This document shows, one piece after another, positions 10,787 through 22,280 of a stretch of DNA of 64,000 nucleotides (position 1 is the first letter of the stretch; the number at the start of each line of letters is the position of its first letter). The stretch comes from Rebecca billardiae RCC1528. Lineage: Eukaryota; Protista; Haptophyta. The notes beneath the pieces were generated by a model that was not told where the DNA came from, ran no database searches, and was given only the letters and a program-made list of their open reading frames with translations. The translations under genes and the position numbers were made by a program. Where the stretch lies: positions 744,001 to 808,000 of the forward strand of contig OZ251226.1 in assembly GCA_965240325.2 (NCBI GenBank), written 5' to 3'.

Positions 10787-12039
10787 GGCGCACGTGCTCC
10801 GCAAAATCAAAAAGAGGATGCGCGCAGGATTTTGGGGATTTTTGTAGGTTGATTCATGACCGAACCCCCCTAGTGGACGCATTTCGGCTGCCAATGATTG
10901 CGTTTGTAGTGGATGCTAATTTTAACGATAGTAACACTTAGGGGAATGCAGGGTGGAATAGCACATAACACCAGCCGTGTGTTCGAACATTCCGTCATAG
11001 TAAGATGCTTAAATTGTAAGAGCCTGAAACAGCTCGCCAATCATAGGAAAGAGAGGTTCGGTCGGCTTTTATGTCGCTTGAAGTAAAGTATTGCCGGCAT
11101 CTGAAGTCATGAACCGTCGCTTCTCAGTGGCGGATATCATCAGGTTATGGCGCGATGTTCTATAGGGCACGCGATCCGCATCCGGTTTCGCACGAACCCT
11201 CGCGGGCGACGAGATATCATTGACGCGGGTAGCCCGAGGCGTTCCCCGGTTCCCGCGCGCGATTCATAACCGTATCCTTTCTGATTATGATAGTTATCTC
11301 CCGTTGATTAATACTGCTCATCGTAACACGGCTTCGCGCGATGATACAAAAGCCCTGCCACACGCGGCGAGCGGGCTCGAGCAAAGCCTCTGAGGAGGCG
11401 GGCAATGCGTGACGCAGGCACGATCGTTCAATCCGACAAGACTCAGCGCTGGTGCGCGCAGCTGCGCGGCGGGTCCCAACGGCCGTCGCCATCGCATTCG
11501 TGCCTCGCTCACTCCGCGCGCCCCGCCCTGCCATGCGCCCGCGCCCGCGCGCGCCACGCCGCACGCCCGCGCAGCTGAACTCTCGGCATGTTCGCGGGCC
11601 AAGTCGCTCGCCCAAGCCCTCACGCTCGCGCCGTCCATGACCATGGCCGCGCTGTGATGGCTCCGCGTGCGGAGTGCTGACCGTGAGCCTCTCTCTCTCT
11701 GGCTGCGCATGACGGCGCGGCAAGCAGCGCGCGCAGATCTGCGGGCGACGAGGCTGGGCGCCAGTCCTCGCAGCACGACCACGAGGCCGAGCGCGGACAT
11801 CTGTTTTGCTCGCGACGAGGCTGGGCTTAGATCTGCGAGCGGCGAGTCCGCGACGATGGCGAGGTGGCATATGCTACGGGCGACGCCGTGCTCCTCTCTC
11901 GCCCGTGCTCGCAGTCGCCCTCGCGCTCCAGGCCGTCGGCCGACAGCACCCGCGGCGGCGCCGTAACGCGCACAGCGGCCCTCGCACTGCATCGATCGAC
12001 GCGGCGGCGAGGCTGACAGACAAAGGTCGCAATCCAAGG

Positions 12040-12553
12040 TGTCACGTGCCGTGGGGAGCTCATTGTGCCCGCATTCGAGGGGAAGACGCCGAGGGCGTGC
12101 AAGGAGCGGCTGCTGCGGCTGCGGGAGGTCGTAGACAGGCTCGAGCCGCGGCTGCTCGCGACGCTCTTTCCCGCCGCCGACCGGCCGACGAGCTGCGAGC
12201 TCAGAGCTGCGAGCTCATTCATCCGACGCTGCGCCGATCCCGCCGAGCGCGCGAGGCTGTGCGAGGCTGAGACGGGCGAGCTGCCGAGCGCGATCTCTGC
12301 GCTGCGCGCGGCCACAGCAGGGCTGCCCGAAGCGCACCGGGCGGAGGCGCTGCGGCTGCTGCGCGTCGAGTTCGACACGGCGCAGCCCCCCAACCGAGTC
12401 CGTCGATCGCGTCGATTACTCGCGCCCGCGCCGGCCGCGCCTGCACGGCAACGCGCCGGGCGCGCGCATCGTGATTCGGTGAAGAACGCGAGGGAACTAC
12501 CAGGGCCGTGCGCCCTCAACTTCGTTGTTTACTATACCCGAAGATCGGCGTAG
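12040..12553 (+). pseudogene. Degenerate ORF starting with a Myb/SANT-like motif
   Basis: With one frameshift at ~12055 it reads W-ELIVPAFEGKTPRACKERL, similar to the Myb W..IA....GRT...C.ER motif. No clear start codon. Confidence 0.3.
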
Positions 12554-12556
12554 CCG

Positions 12557-12559
<3 letters not shown>

Positions 12560-12645
<86 letters not shown>

Positions 12646-12663
12646 ATATATATAATATATATA

Positions 12664-12694
<31 letters not shown>
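12560..12694. repeat. (TA)n microsatellite with a degenerate TATAATA tail
   Basis: TA run directly preceded by the hairpin GATCGGC-GTA-GCCGATC (12543-12559). Confidence 0.97.
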
Positions 12695-13164
12695 TACTAT
12701 TGCTACCGTAATACTCCGAAGGCGATCGCCATCAATGCTCCTGGCATCAGCCCTTTCATACTGGCGCAGATGATCCGCGAGTCAATGCCGATCAGATTGA
12801 CGGCGTCCGGACGCGCGGGCTGCGATCGTCGGGGCGCCGCGCCGCCGCCCACGGTCCGAAGAGCTGTCGATGGCCGCCACGGTTTCAAGCAGCATCCGGC
12901 CAGACGCAGGGCCGTGCGGCCACACGGGCCCGAACATCGCGACCACGCGGGCCCGAGCGTCTTCGGCACCGCACACGGTTGTTCATGCGGCCCCAGGAGC
13001 CCTCTATGTGCAGTGGGCTGGCGCTCAGCACCAACGCGCGGCTGCCACGCGACCGCTGGGATGTGTTTGGGCGGGCCGTGTGCGCATTGGGCGCGGCGTC
13101 GGGGGCAGCCAGCAGCGCCGGTAACCCCTCCCGCCGTCCGCCTCGCCGCCGCGCGCACGCGCCC

Positions 13165-13998
13165 TCAGCCGCTCTGCCCGAGCTCGCGCGAGCGCTCGGT
13201 GGCGGCGACGACTGCGTTCATCACCGCGGCGCGCATGCCGCCCATCTCGAGCGCGTGCACGCCTGCAATCGTCGTGCCGCCCGGGCTGGTGACCTGGTCC
13301 TTGAGCTCGCCCGGGTGCTTGCCCGTCTCGAGCACCATCGTCGCCGCGCCGCGCACCGTCTTCGCCGCGAGGTTCGTCGCGACGGGCCGCGGCAGCCCCG
13401 CGCGCACGCCGCCGTCCGAGAGCGCCTCGATGAACTGGAAGACGTACGCCGGGCCTGAGCCGGAGAGGCCGGTCACCGCGTCGAGGTCGGCCTCCTTCAC
13501 CTTGAACGCGGTGCCGAGCGCGCCGAGCATCGAGCCGACGAGCGCGGTGTCGGCGGCCGTGCACGCGTCGTTCGGCGCGTACGCGGCCGCGAGCTCGCCG
13601 ACGAGGCACGGCGTGTTGGGCATGACGCGCACGACGCGCGCGCCTGCTGGCAGCCAGCCCTCCATGCGCGCGATGGGCACCCCCGCGGCGATTGACACGA
13701 TGAGCGCCCCCGCGTTGGCCCTCTTGATGTCGCTGCACACCTCGCTGACCTGTGCCGGCTTCACGGCGAGCACGATCAGGTCGGCGTTCGCCGCGACCTC
13801 GCCGTTGTCCTGTGTCGTGCGGATGCCGAGCTCTGTGTGCAACGAGTCGAGGCACGGCTTGTACGCATCCGACGCGATCAGATTGGTGGCGGCGCACGTG
13901 TTGCTCTTCACCAGCCCCCGCATCATTGCGCCGGCCATCATCCCCGCGCCCACGAAGCCCAGGCGCAGCGGCGAGCCGTCGGCGAGCGCGATCACCAT
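13165..13998 (-). CDS. proC: Pyrroline-5-carboxylate reductase
   Basis: Rossmann motif LGFVGAGMMA, then LAVKP, SIAAG, VRVMPNTP, TGLSGSGPAY, LKDQVTSPGGTT. Single exon, 277 aa. Confidence 0.97.
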   Translation of the reverse strand: MVIALADGSPLRLGFVGAGMMAGAMMRGLVKSNTCAATNLIASDAYKPCLDSLHTELGIRTTQDNGEVAANADLIVLAVKPAQVSEVCSDIKRANAGALIVSIAAGVPIARMEGWLPAGARVVRVMPNTPCLVGELAAAYAPNDACTAADTALVGSMLGALGTAFKVKEADLDAVTGLSGSGPAYVFQFIEALSDGGVRAGLPRPVATNLAAKTVRGAATMVLETGKHPGELKDQVTSPGGTTIAGVHALEMGGMRAAVMNAVVAATERSRELGQSG

Positions 13999-14419
13999 GA
14001 TGGCGGCGAATTTGGCAGCGCGCGTCAGCGCGCGTCAAGCCGGTGACGGCCGGCGGCAATTCGGCAAGGGACGTGCGCGCGTCGTGCACGCAGAGCCGGA
14101 ACCGGCTTTCGCCGGACTTTTGCGCCAACCAGCCCGAACGCGCGCCGCCCGCGCGCCTTCGTGCGCAAACGGAAGGTCCCTGACGACTCCCCGTTTGTCT
14201 TTGTCTTTTGGGTCTGTGGAGAGGTGCGTGCGCTGCCGTGGCGCCGATCTGGCGGTTCGAGATGAAGGAGCCCAGTACCTCGGACTATCAACTCAGACTC
14301 TCCAATTGGACCGTTCCGAGGCCACGTGCTGATGCAGCGCCTGCCGTCCCAGACGGAAGGCATCCTATCGTCCTCGCCGAGCGCGGCCGACGGCCGAGCG
14401 TGCGAACCGGCCTGCCGCG

Positions 14420-16500
14420 ATGTTGAAGGTCGTGCAGATGCTGGCCGCGCTTGCGAGCGCGGCGGTCCACTTCAACGCGCCGAACCCCGCGACGCGGGCG
14501 GCGGTTGGCATGCGCACGTACGGCGTGAGCCCGCACTGGTCGTTCGACCCCAAAGACGGCAAGCCGGGCAAGCGGCCCGAGCTGCTCAAGACGGGCTCCG
14601 ACTTTGTGCCGCAGGAGCGGCTCGACGCGGGCACAAACAAGTTCGAGAAGATTAAGAACAAGAAGGATGGCACGCGCGCGTGGCAGGAGATCCACGAGCT
14701 CTCGGACAAGCTGCGCACGGGCGAATGCACGTGGGAGGAGCTCGACCTCGACGACATCAACGTTCGGCTCAAGTGGGCCGGCTTCTTCCACCGCCAAAAG
14801 CACGAGCCGCGCACGTTCATGATCCGGCTGAAGATCCCGAACGGCATCGTCACGTCGAAGCAGGCGCGTGTCCTCGCCGAGCTCGTCGAGCCGTACGTCG
14901 ACGACTACGGCGTGCTCGACATCACCACGCGCCAGAACATCCAGCTGCGCGGCGTGCGGCTCGAGGACGCGTCGCACGTCGTCGACACGCTGCTGGAGAA
15001 CGGGCTGTCGTCGGTGCAGTCGGGGCTGGACAACGTGCGCAATTTCGTGGGCAGCCCGCTCGCCGGCATCGATCCGCACGAGCTCATGGACACGCGGCCC
15101 GTCTGCCAGATGATCAACGACTGCATCACGGGCGCGCACCGCGGCAACCCAGAGTGGGGCAACCTGCCACGCAAGTTCAACATCGCCGTCTCGGGCTCGC
15201 GCGACGACTTTTCGCACACGACGATCAACGACATCGGCTTCCAGCCGGCCCCGCACCCCGACTTCCCCGGCGTCCCCGGCTTCAACATCCTCCTCGGCGG
15301 CTACTTCTCGATCAAGCGCGCGGCGGAGGGCGTGCCGTTCGACGCGTGGGTCCGCGCGGAGGACGCGGCCGAGTTCTCGTGCGGTGCGCGCGGCGCGGCG
15401 TGGGCGGCTCGTCTCGCCTTCCGGCGCACGGCAGCGCGCGCCGCGGCGTGCGCGCGCTCTCCCACGCACGCTCACCCCCGCCGCTCGACCCCCCACGCGC
15501 GCCGCGGCCGCAGCCGTGCTCGAGGTGTTCCGCGACCACGGCGAGAGGACCGACCGGCAGAAGACGCGCATGCTCTGGCTGATCGAGGCGAAGGGGCTCG
15601 ACTGGTTCCGCGAGAAGGTGAACGAGGCGGGCGCGAAGCGCGGCCTGGATCCGCTCCCCCGCGCCGCGCCGCCGTTCGAGGGCGCCTTCGAGCGCCGCGA
15701 CATCATGGGCGTGCACCCTCAGAAGCAGGAGGGCAAGTCGTGGGTTGGGGTGACCGTGCCGGCGGGCCGCGTCACGCCCGCGGAGATGAAGGAGGTGGCC
15801 GACCTCGCCGACGAGTTCTCGGGCGGTGAGATCCGGTTCACGGTGGAGCAGAACCTGCTCCTGCCCAACGTGGACAACGCGCGCGTCCCCGAGCTGCTCG
15901 CCGCGCCGCTCTTCAACCGCGGCGGCATGCGCGTCGAGTCGGGCGTCTCTGTGATGCGCGGGCTGGTCGCATGCACCGGCTCCAACGGCTGCGGCCAGGG
16001 GCTGGTCGAGACCAAGGCGCGCGCCATCCGCGTGGCCGAGCGTCTCGACGCGGAGCTTGAGCTGCCGCGGCTCGTGCGCGTCCACTGGACGGGCTGCCCC
16101 AACTCGTGCGGCCAGGCGCAGGTGGGCGACATCGGGCTGATGGGCTCACCCGCCAAGAAGATGAACCCCGAGACTGGCAAGGCGATGGCGGTCGAGGTGA
16201 GCGCGCCGCGCCGCGGCGGCGGGGCGCGCGCCGCGCGCGCCCGGGTGGGCGCGACGCGCGCGTGTACACGCGGTGGCCGGAGCGCGGCGTGGCTGAGCAC
16301 ACGACACCACGCCCCTGCGCGCGTGCCGCCGCGCCGCGCCTCCGCAGGGCGTCAAGGTGTTCCTGGGTGGGAAGGTGGGTGAGACGGCCGAGCTGGGCGA
16401 GACGCTCGACGACAAGGCCGTGCCGGCGGACGACGACGACATCGTGCCCTACCTCAAGGAGCTGCTCATCAGCAAGTTTGGCGCCGTGCCGAAGAAGTGA
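14420..16500 (+). CDS. nirA: Ferredoxin-nitrite reductase, probably plastid-targeted; 3 exons (introns 15384-15513, 16197-16347)
   Basis: RLKWAG, FMIRLKIPNG, DITTRQNIQLRG, SGLDNVRN, NLPRKFNIA, INDIG; siroheme/4Fe-4S cysteines ACTGSNGC and HWTGCPNSC. GT-AG introns restore the frame. Hydrophobic N-terminus. Confidence 0.95.
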
Positions 16501-17340
16501 GCCATGTAAATGCGAGGCCGCATGCCGCGCACGGCACGCGTCAATGACGCAGACGATCGTGACAATGGAAGCGAAGCGGTTAGTATCTCAGCTCAGTGGC
16601 AGCCGGCAGCGCGCCGTCCTAAGCAGCTTTCATCCGCTACTCCTAGCAGCGCTTAGTACGTATACCGCGACGATTTCGGATTTTCGGCGGATCGGCGGCG
16701 GTCGATGGCGACGACTCTCGCCATTTAATCAGTTCAATATATATATATATGTGGTGTTATTGGCACAATAATCGATTGTGTCCGCCGGCGAGAAGTACGT
16801 GGCCATGCTACCAGCCGATCGACTTTGTCCGCTTGCGTCGTACAGGGCGAACCAGTTGGCTGTTTTCGACGTCAACGCACCATCATCGGACGCGCGTGCT
16901 GCAGCCGCTTGCCTCGCGGTACCCCGCGCCTCCTGCTGAGCTGGCCCACTGCTGGTGAAGTAGCGCTGGCACCGGTTCAAGTACAGCTGCATGGCGGATA
17001 CAAATCGTCCATCACTCTGGCGGAGCAATCACCCTGAGCGCTCTCCATCTCCGCCACCAAGCATCACACAAGCTGCATCAATGACTACAATGACCGCGTT
17101 CCGCGGTCCTTTTCTGCATAGAATCAACGCAGTTGGGGGCCCGCGGTGGCCGTGCAATCGCGGCTCTCCGCCGTAGTGGCAGTTCGCCAGTTGAAGTCGG
17201 TTCTGAGATGACTGAAGCTATATTAGTCCGACCGTCGCCCTGCCTGCGCGACCGCGAGACTCATTCACACTTCACACAATCACAGCAGCGGACCTGAGAC
17301 CGCACCCGGCACCGGTCGTCAAATCGGACGTCCGTCTGAC

Positions 17341-17500
17341 AACTAGCTGCCAAATGTCCAACTGGCTGATCAGCTCGGATCCGACCCGTCCGCGATCGTG
17401 CCATCGGCATCGGAATTACTACTAGTAGCTGCCAAACTAGCTGCCAAACTGTGTCCAACTCTGGCTGATCAGCTCGGATCCGACCCGTCCGCGATCGTGC
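17341..17500. repeat. Local direct repeats (~46-bp unit twice; TAGCTGCCAAA three times)
   Basis: TCCAACT(CT)GGCTGATCAGCTCGGATCCGACCCGTCCGCGATCGTGCC at ~17357 and ~17454. Confidence 0.85.
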
Positions 17501-18163
17501 CGAGTGAGTCGTGCCGCGGAGCTCGGAGTACTGAAGGAGTCGGGTGTGACAGCAGGGTGCTTTAGCGCTGCGGCCCGTGCCAGCCAACGACCAGACGTAC
17601 TCTGGCCACTTGACCCGTTGCACGGGTGAGTGACCGTACGCCCTGCCTAGTGCCTACCGCGCGCGCCGCGCGACCGGCGACTCGGGGTGATGGAGAGCGG
17701 ATGGCGACAGCAGCAGCAGTCCTCATGAAGACGATGAAACTGGCGGCACGGGTGCACGAGGTGGCAGGCGAAAGCGCGCCGACGAGACCGCATTTGACAC
17801 ACCTGAGCCGCACGCGCGTGCCGTCGCCGAGCCGGGCGAGCGCTGCAAACGCGCAACCGTACCGCGCGCGCCACGACGGCGCGGCACTAGCTGATGCAGG
17901 CCGTACTGCCGGCACTGCTTCTGCGATCATGCGCCACGGTCGCAGCTGACTGCGTGAGCAGCAAGCGGGAGGCGGGTCCGGAGGCACGTGCAGGCGCCGT
18001 CCCGCATATCCGCCATCGCCCATCGTGCCGGGGCACGTCACCTCCGACGATCCGGATGTGGCCCAGTCCGGACGTCACGCGATCCGGGAAGACGAGTACG
18101 ATTCGCTCGTAACGAACCGTTACACTAATGTCACGTCCAGCTGACGTCCAGATCGCACTTTAC

Positions 18164-18386
18164 TTAAGGGAATCAGCTGGGCGCGGTTTTTTTTGGCCTG
18201 ATAGACCTCTCAATGCGATCTCAAAAACTCGAAACTCGGTCTCCGCCAGCCCTAAAAATCGCCCCCCGTCCCTTTTTTTCCGCCGCCCCCCGTCCCTTTT
18301 TTCTTGATCAAAGATCTTTTTGAAACGTGGTTCGGGCCCGCTGGTGCGGGCTCCACGCTGCGCGCTCCGCCCTGCACCGCGGGCCA
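18164..18386 (-). mobile_element. Right terminal inverted repeat matching 554-751
   Basis: Reverse complement of 554-751, with a ~20-bp internal duplication (CCCCCGTCCCTTTTTT) and a more diverged inner ~55 bp. Confidence 0.75.
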
Positions 18387-19915
18387 TAAACGCGCGGCGG
18401 TCCTCTGCCAGCAATATATTCGTCCAACTCATTGATTGGCTTTCATCTACTCACCTGCTGCAGCCAGTCGTTGATCATACATTGGGAGGCCCTCGGTTTT
18501 TGAGTACAAATGGTTGGCCGACCTCTTCCTCTTCCTGTATTCGATCGACGGTGAGGTCGGCGAACCCAAAAAGCTTGTCAAAGCAGTCAGCTCGGATTCG
18601 ATCTCGGTGACCTTCGCGCACTCGCTGCTTGGCAAGTTTACCCAATTCCCAGCTGCTGCGCCGTTCAGCTGCGTGGCTAGCTGCCCTGCTGTTTCTCTTA
18701 CTGCATGGCGCGATATCCACATCTCGCGCACCCGCCTGCTTCTGGTCGCTGCCCGCTGTGCCCCACTCCATCCTACTGTGGGCTGCATCATGTTCTACGA
18801 CGACGAGAAAATCCCAAGGAGCGGTTTCTGCATTAATATATATAAGTATGTATGCGCCCGCCGCATCCAGGCAGTTGGTTGCATACGCAAGGTCAAGGAC
18901 ACACATATATATATATATTGAACGGTGCGCGCTAGTCCAGCAGGCGCTAGTTAGATAGTGAGCAGGGGCAGGCTCGCCCGTGGAGCGGAGAGTAGTTAGT
19001 TGAATTAAGCGCGGAAGATGATTATAATAATTCGGGAACCGGGCGCCCGTGTGCAGAGCCTTAGATACTAAGACGCGAGCCAGTCGTGGGCGATTCGACG
19101 CGAGCGCAGCCGCGCTCATTGCCGTGCATCTTATTCAGTGCATGTGTCGAGTGGTGGTGTGTGCCCGTCCAAATGTATCAACTGTATGTACAGTATCCAG
19201 GTCGGAGCGGCACGCCCATCTGTGTGCAAGTTACGCACGGTGACGGAGTGACGGAGGTGCGGAGTCACCGATGACGGATGAGTGCGGAGTATTCGGCTCG
19301 GCTCGACTCGTTGTCTTGTCGTGTGTCGAGGGCCGGCAGTCCTCCTCTCTGGCCTTCGTTACGCGCTCACCCATGCGAGTTGCCACCACGACAGGCACGC
19401 AGGGGTATGTTATTGTCAGCGGCTTCTACGGGGGCTATGCAGTATGCTTCGCGCACTGAACTGGCTTCTGCACATCATTCTGTGGAGCAGCTGTCTACCA
19501 TAGTTCACGCGCCAGGGCACCGCGTCCGCGGTGTGTGCTAGTATGCGTCGAGCTGTCTTCATCAGTCTCCCTAATTGAGGCCAACGTGCACGACACTGCC
19601 ATCCACGCCATTTTCGGTGACGGCTGGGTCTCAGCAGTGGTGTCGCGCCCGGCATGATGGCAGATGACATTGCGTGCACCTTCTTCAAGCATCGGGACAC
19701 GACTACCTCCGCAACGCCGTTGCCACACGGTCCGGTTGGGGAGCTGCTTACCGGCTCACCCGCCAGGCCGCCATCCCCCGACCCCTGCGTGTGCGGGCTG
19801 GCTTGGAACCCCAGTCCCCACGGAGGCGCCATGCTGAAAACTTGAGCGCAGATGATTTGGCCACCCCTTCCGGATTGTCGTCGCGGCTTCCAAAGTTCCA
19901 AGTCGAGCGAGCACG

Positions 19916-20968
19916 ATGCACGGCATCGTCCGCTCAGTCCTGGTGTGCTCGGTGCTGACCATGGCGGCGGCGGCGCCTCGGCTCATCACGTTCGACGCGA
20001 CAGGTACCCTCATGCGCCTGCGCCGCCCCATCGGCGCCGTCTATAGGGACGCGCTCGCTGCGGGGATGACGCTTGGACAGCTCACACGGGGCCGCGAGAA
20101 GTCGGAGGATGTGATTGCAGCATCCATGCTGGACGCCTCCGAGATTGAGCGCGCCTTCGGCGGGGCGTACCGCCGAGCGTGCGATGCACATCCGTGCTTT
20201 GGCGCTGGCGCGATCTCCAGCCGCGACTGGTGGGCGGGTGTCGTGAGGGAGACCTACGAGGGTGCGGGTGTGAGCGAGCGAGTGCTGGATGCGGTCCTGT
20301 CAGACCACGTGTTCCCCACGCTGTACGAGTCGTTCGCGACGAGCGCGGCGTGGGAGCTGCACGAGGCATCGGCGCCAGTGCTCCAGCAGCTGGCTCGCTG
20401 GCGTGCCTCGCTGCCATCCGGCGAGCTCACGATCGGCGTCGTCTCCAACTTTGACGACCGTCTCGAGCCGCTGCTCGAGTCGCTCGACTGCCGCCAGTAT
20501 TTTGATTTCGTCCTCACGAGCCGAGAAGCAGGCATCGAGAAGCCGGAGCAGGACATTTTCGATCTCGCATGCGATCGCGCTGGGCTCGGCAGCGTCAGCC
20601 GCGGCGAGGCCGTCCACGTCGGCGACACGTTCCAAAAGGACATTGTGGGCGCGGCTGGGGCTGGCTGGCGGGCCGTGTACGTGGCGTCTGACGAGGCCCT
20701 TTCCATGCTCGAGCCCGAGGCATTCGTCGCCATGTGCGATACGGAACACGAGCGCGTTGATACCATCGGCTTCGTGCCGCGGGTGATCGGGGCGCCTGCG
20801 AGCACGGCCCTCGTGCCCGAGGACGATGCTGACGAGCAGGGGTCGGGTGCTCAGCGGTCGGATTCGTGGACCGACGAGGAGGACCCACACGTTGACGAGG
20901 AGGACGTCGATGGCGAGCGCGCCTGGTTTCTCGGCCAGACCGATGGGCCGCCGTCGCCACGCTCTTGA
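19916..20968 (+). CDS. HAD-superfamily hydrolase, HDHD3/REG-2-like, with N-terminal signal peptide
   Basis: Motif I ITFDATGTL, motif II VVSNFD, motif III EKPEQDIF, motif IV HVGD....D..GA. Confidence 0.9.
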   Translation: MHGIVRSVLVCSVLTMAAAAPRLITFDATGTLMRLRRPIGAVYRDALAAGMTLGQLTRGREKSEDVIAASMLDASEIERAFGGAYRRACDAHPCFGAGAISSRDWWAGVVRETYEGAGVSERVLDAVLSDHVFPTLYESFATSAAWELHEASAPVLQQLARWRASLPSGELTIGVVSNFDDRLEPLLESLDCRQYFDFVLTSREAGIEKPEQDIFDLACDRAGLGSVSRGEAVHVGDTFQKDIVGAAGAGWRAVYVASDEALSMLEPEAFVAMCDTEHERVDTIGFVPRVIGAPASTALVPEDDADEQGSGAQRSDSWTDEEDPHVDEEDVDGERAWFLGQTDGPPSPRS

Positions 20969-21508
20969 GTCCCTTCATCGTGTACATGATGGGCCGGCGG
21001 CCGCCGTCGCCACGCTCTTGAGTCCCTTCATCGTGTACATGATGGGCTGGCGGACGATCCGGCGGGCCTCTGGGCAGGCAGACAGCAGCCTTGGCAGCTC
21101 GCCGAGGCACTAGCTGCCGAGTAGCTACGTGCCCGAACGGCAGCGGCCGAATCGGCGAATGCTCGTTCGGCGAATAACGACGAGCATTCGGCCGCTGCTA
21201 CCAGTATGCTGACTGAATGATGAGCAGCAGCTTGATCGGCCGCGCAGAATATATTTATGGCGCGCAATAAAACTACGACGCCGCGACTCTGAGACGTCAG
21301 CCCGCCGCCCCGCCGCCCCGCCAGCGCCGGGAGCCGGCGGGCCGGAAGGGCGGAAGGTCACTCTACCGAGTTAGAGTCGTATACCGAGTCTACTACGACG
21401 CCGTCACGCCGCTCGGATCCGGAACGGCCAACGGGTGACAGTCGATCTCTCGGCTGAGACACGTAGACACAAACAGTTGTTCGAACAACTTGCAGCACCC
21501 TTACATGA

Positions 21509-22144
21509 CTACGTGCACCATCGGTCATCCATGTACACCCGCGCCGGTGGCAGGTCGGCGTCTGGCCCCGTGCTCGGCTCCATCGTGAAAGTACCCAGGA
21601 GGCGTCTCTCCTTGCGCACCAGCATGCGGCGGGCCAGGACAGAGAGCAGCCCGCCGCGGTTTGAAGGGCTGGAGCCGAGCATCTTGATGGCAAAGTAGAC
21701 CGTCGTGCCTGCAGGAAGGCTGTTATCGCCTCGTTCGTATCCGTCCGTGAGCGTGAGGTCCCATCGGACGGTGAGATCCGGCCACGTGCCCTCGGCGCGC
21801 ATGTGGCCGTCGCTCACGCGCGAGTCGCTGAAGAAGGGCGCAACGGCTCTGCAGATCGCTTGACCATCGCGGGTGAAGCGTACGCTGAGCGGGAGGGTGA
21901 GCCGTGTACCGGACGACGCCCACTGCATTGGCATCCACGTGTTCTTCTCTCGGCCGATGTCGAGAGTCACAACCCAGCCGTTGTCGCTGAATAAGAAGTC
22001 GGTGTCACTCGCGCGCACAAGCGCGCGGTGCGGCGCCGTGTTCTGCCGCCACGCGCCGGTGACGCGGGATGAGCGCGCGTGCATGAACCCCATGGCCACG
22101 CACGCCTCCACCAGGAGCAGCGTGAGTGTGATCATGCTCATCAT
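21509..22144 (-). CDS. Uncharacterised protein with signal/transit-like N-terminus
   Basis: Hydrophobic N-terminus MITLTLLLVEACVAMGF followed by a globular-looking domain (WVVTLDIGREKNTWMPMQWASSGTRLTLPLSVRF). Head-to-head with the GLG1-like gene. Confidence 0.7.
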   Translation of the reverse strand: MMSMITLTLLLVEACVAMGFMHARSSRVTGAWRQNTAPHRALVRASDTDFLFSDNGWVVTLDIGREKNTWMPMQWASSGTRLTLPLSVRFTRDGQAICRAVAPFFSDSRVSDGHMRAEGTWPDLTVRWDLTLTDGYERGDNSLPAGTTVYFAIKMLGSSPSNRGGLLSVLARRMLVRKERRLLGTFTMEPSTGPDADLPPARVYMDDRWCT

Positions 22145-22280
22145 CGGGCGACTTCGGTGGCAGGCAGCCATGCTGGACACGATCCAGCTGCACTGCAACC
22201 AGCGGTCCCGCGCCCGGCACCGCGGCACGGCCCAGTCCGCAAGCCTCCAAGAGCGCATCGAGACCGTGAGCCGTGAGGCG

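Noticed and set aside
12770-14332. Long antisense and alternative-frame ORFs over real genes (e.g. 12770-14332, 28132-30045, 58776-61073)
   Set aside because: Expected shadow ORFs in very GC-rich DNA; Arg/Ala/Pro-rich with no motifs.
16730-19850. Short ORFs flanking the right TIR (e.g. 16729-17028, 18514-18921)
   Set aside because: No family motifs recognised and frames are interrupted.
21873-22280. Upstream extension of the GLG1-like ORF
   Set aside because: It overlaps the opposite-strand gene, and ATG 22281 gives a clean signal peptide.
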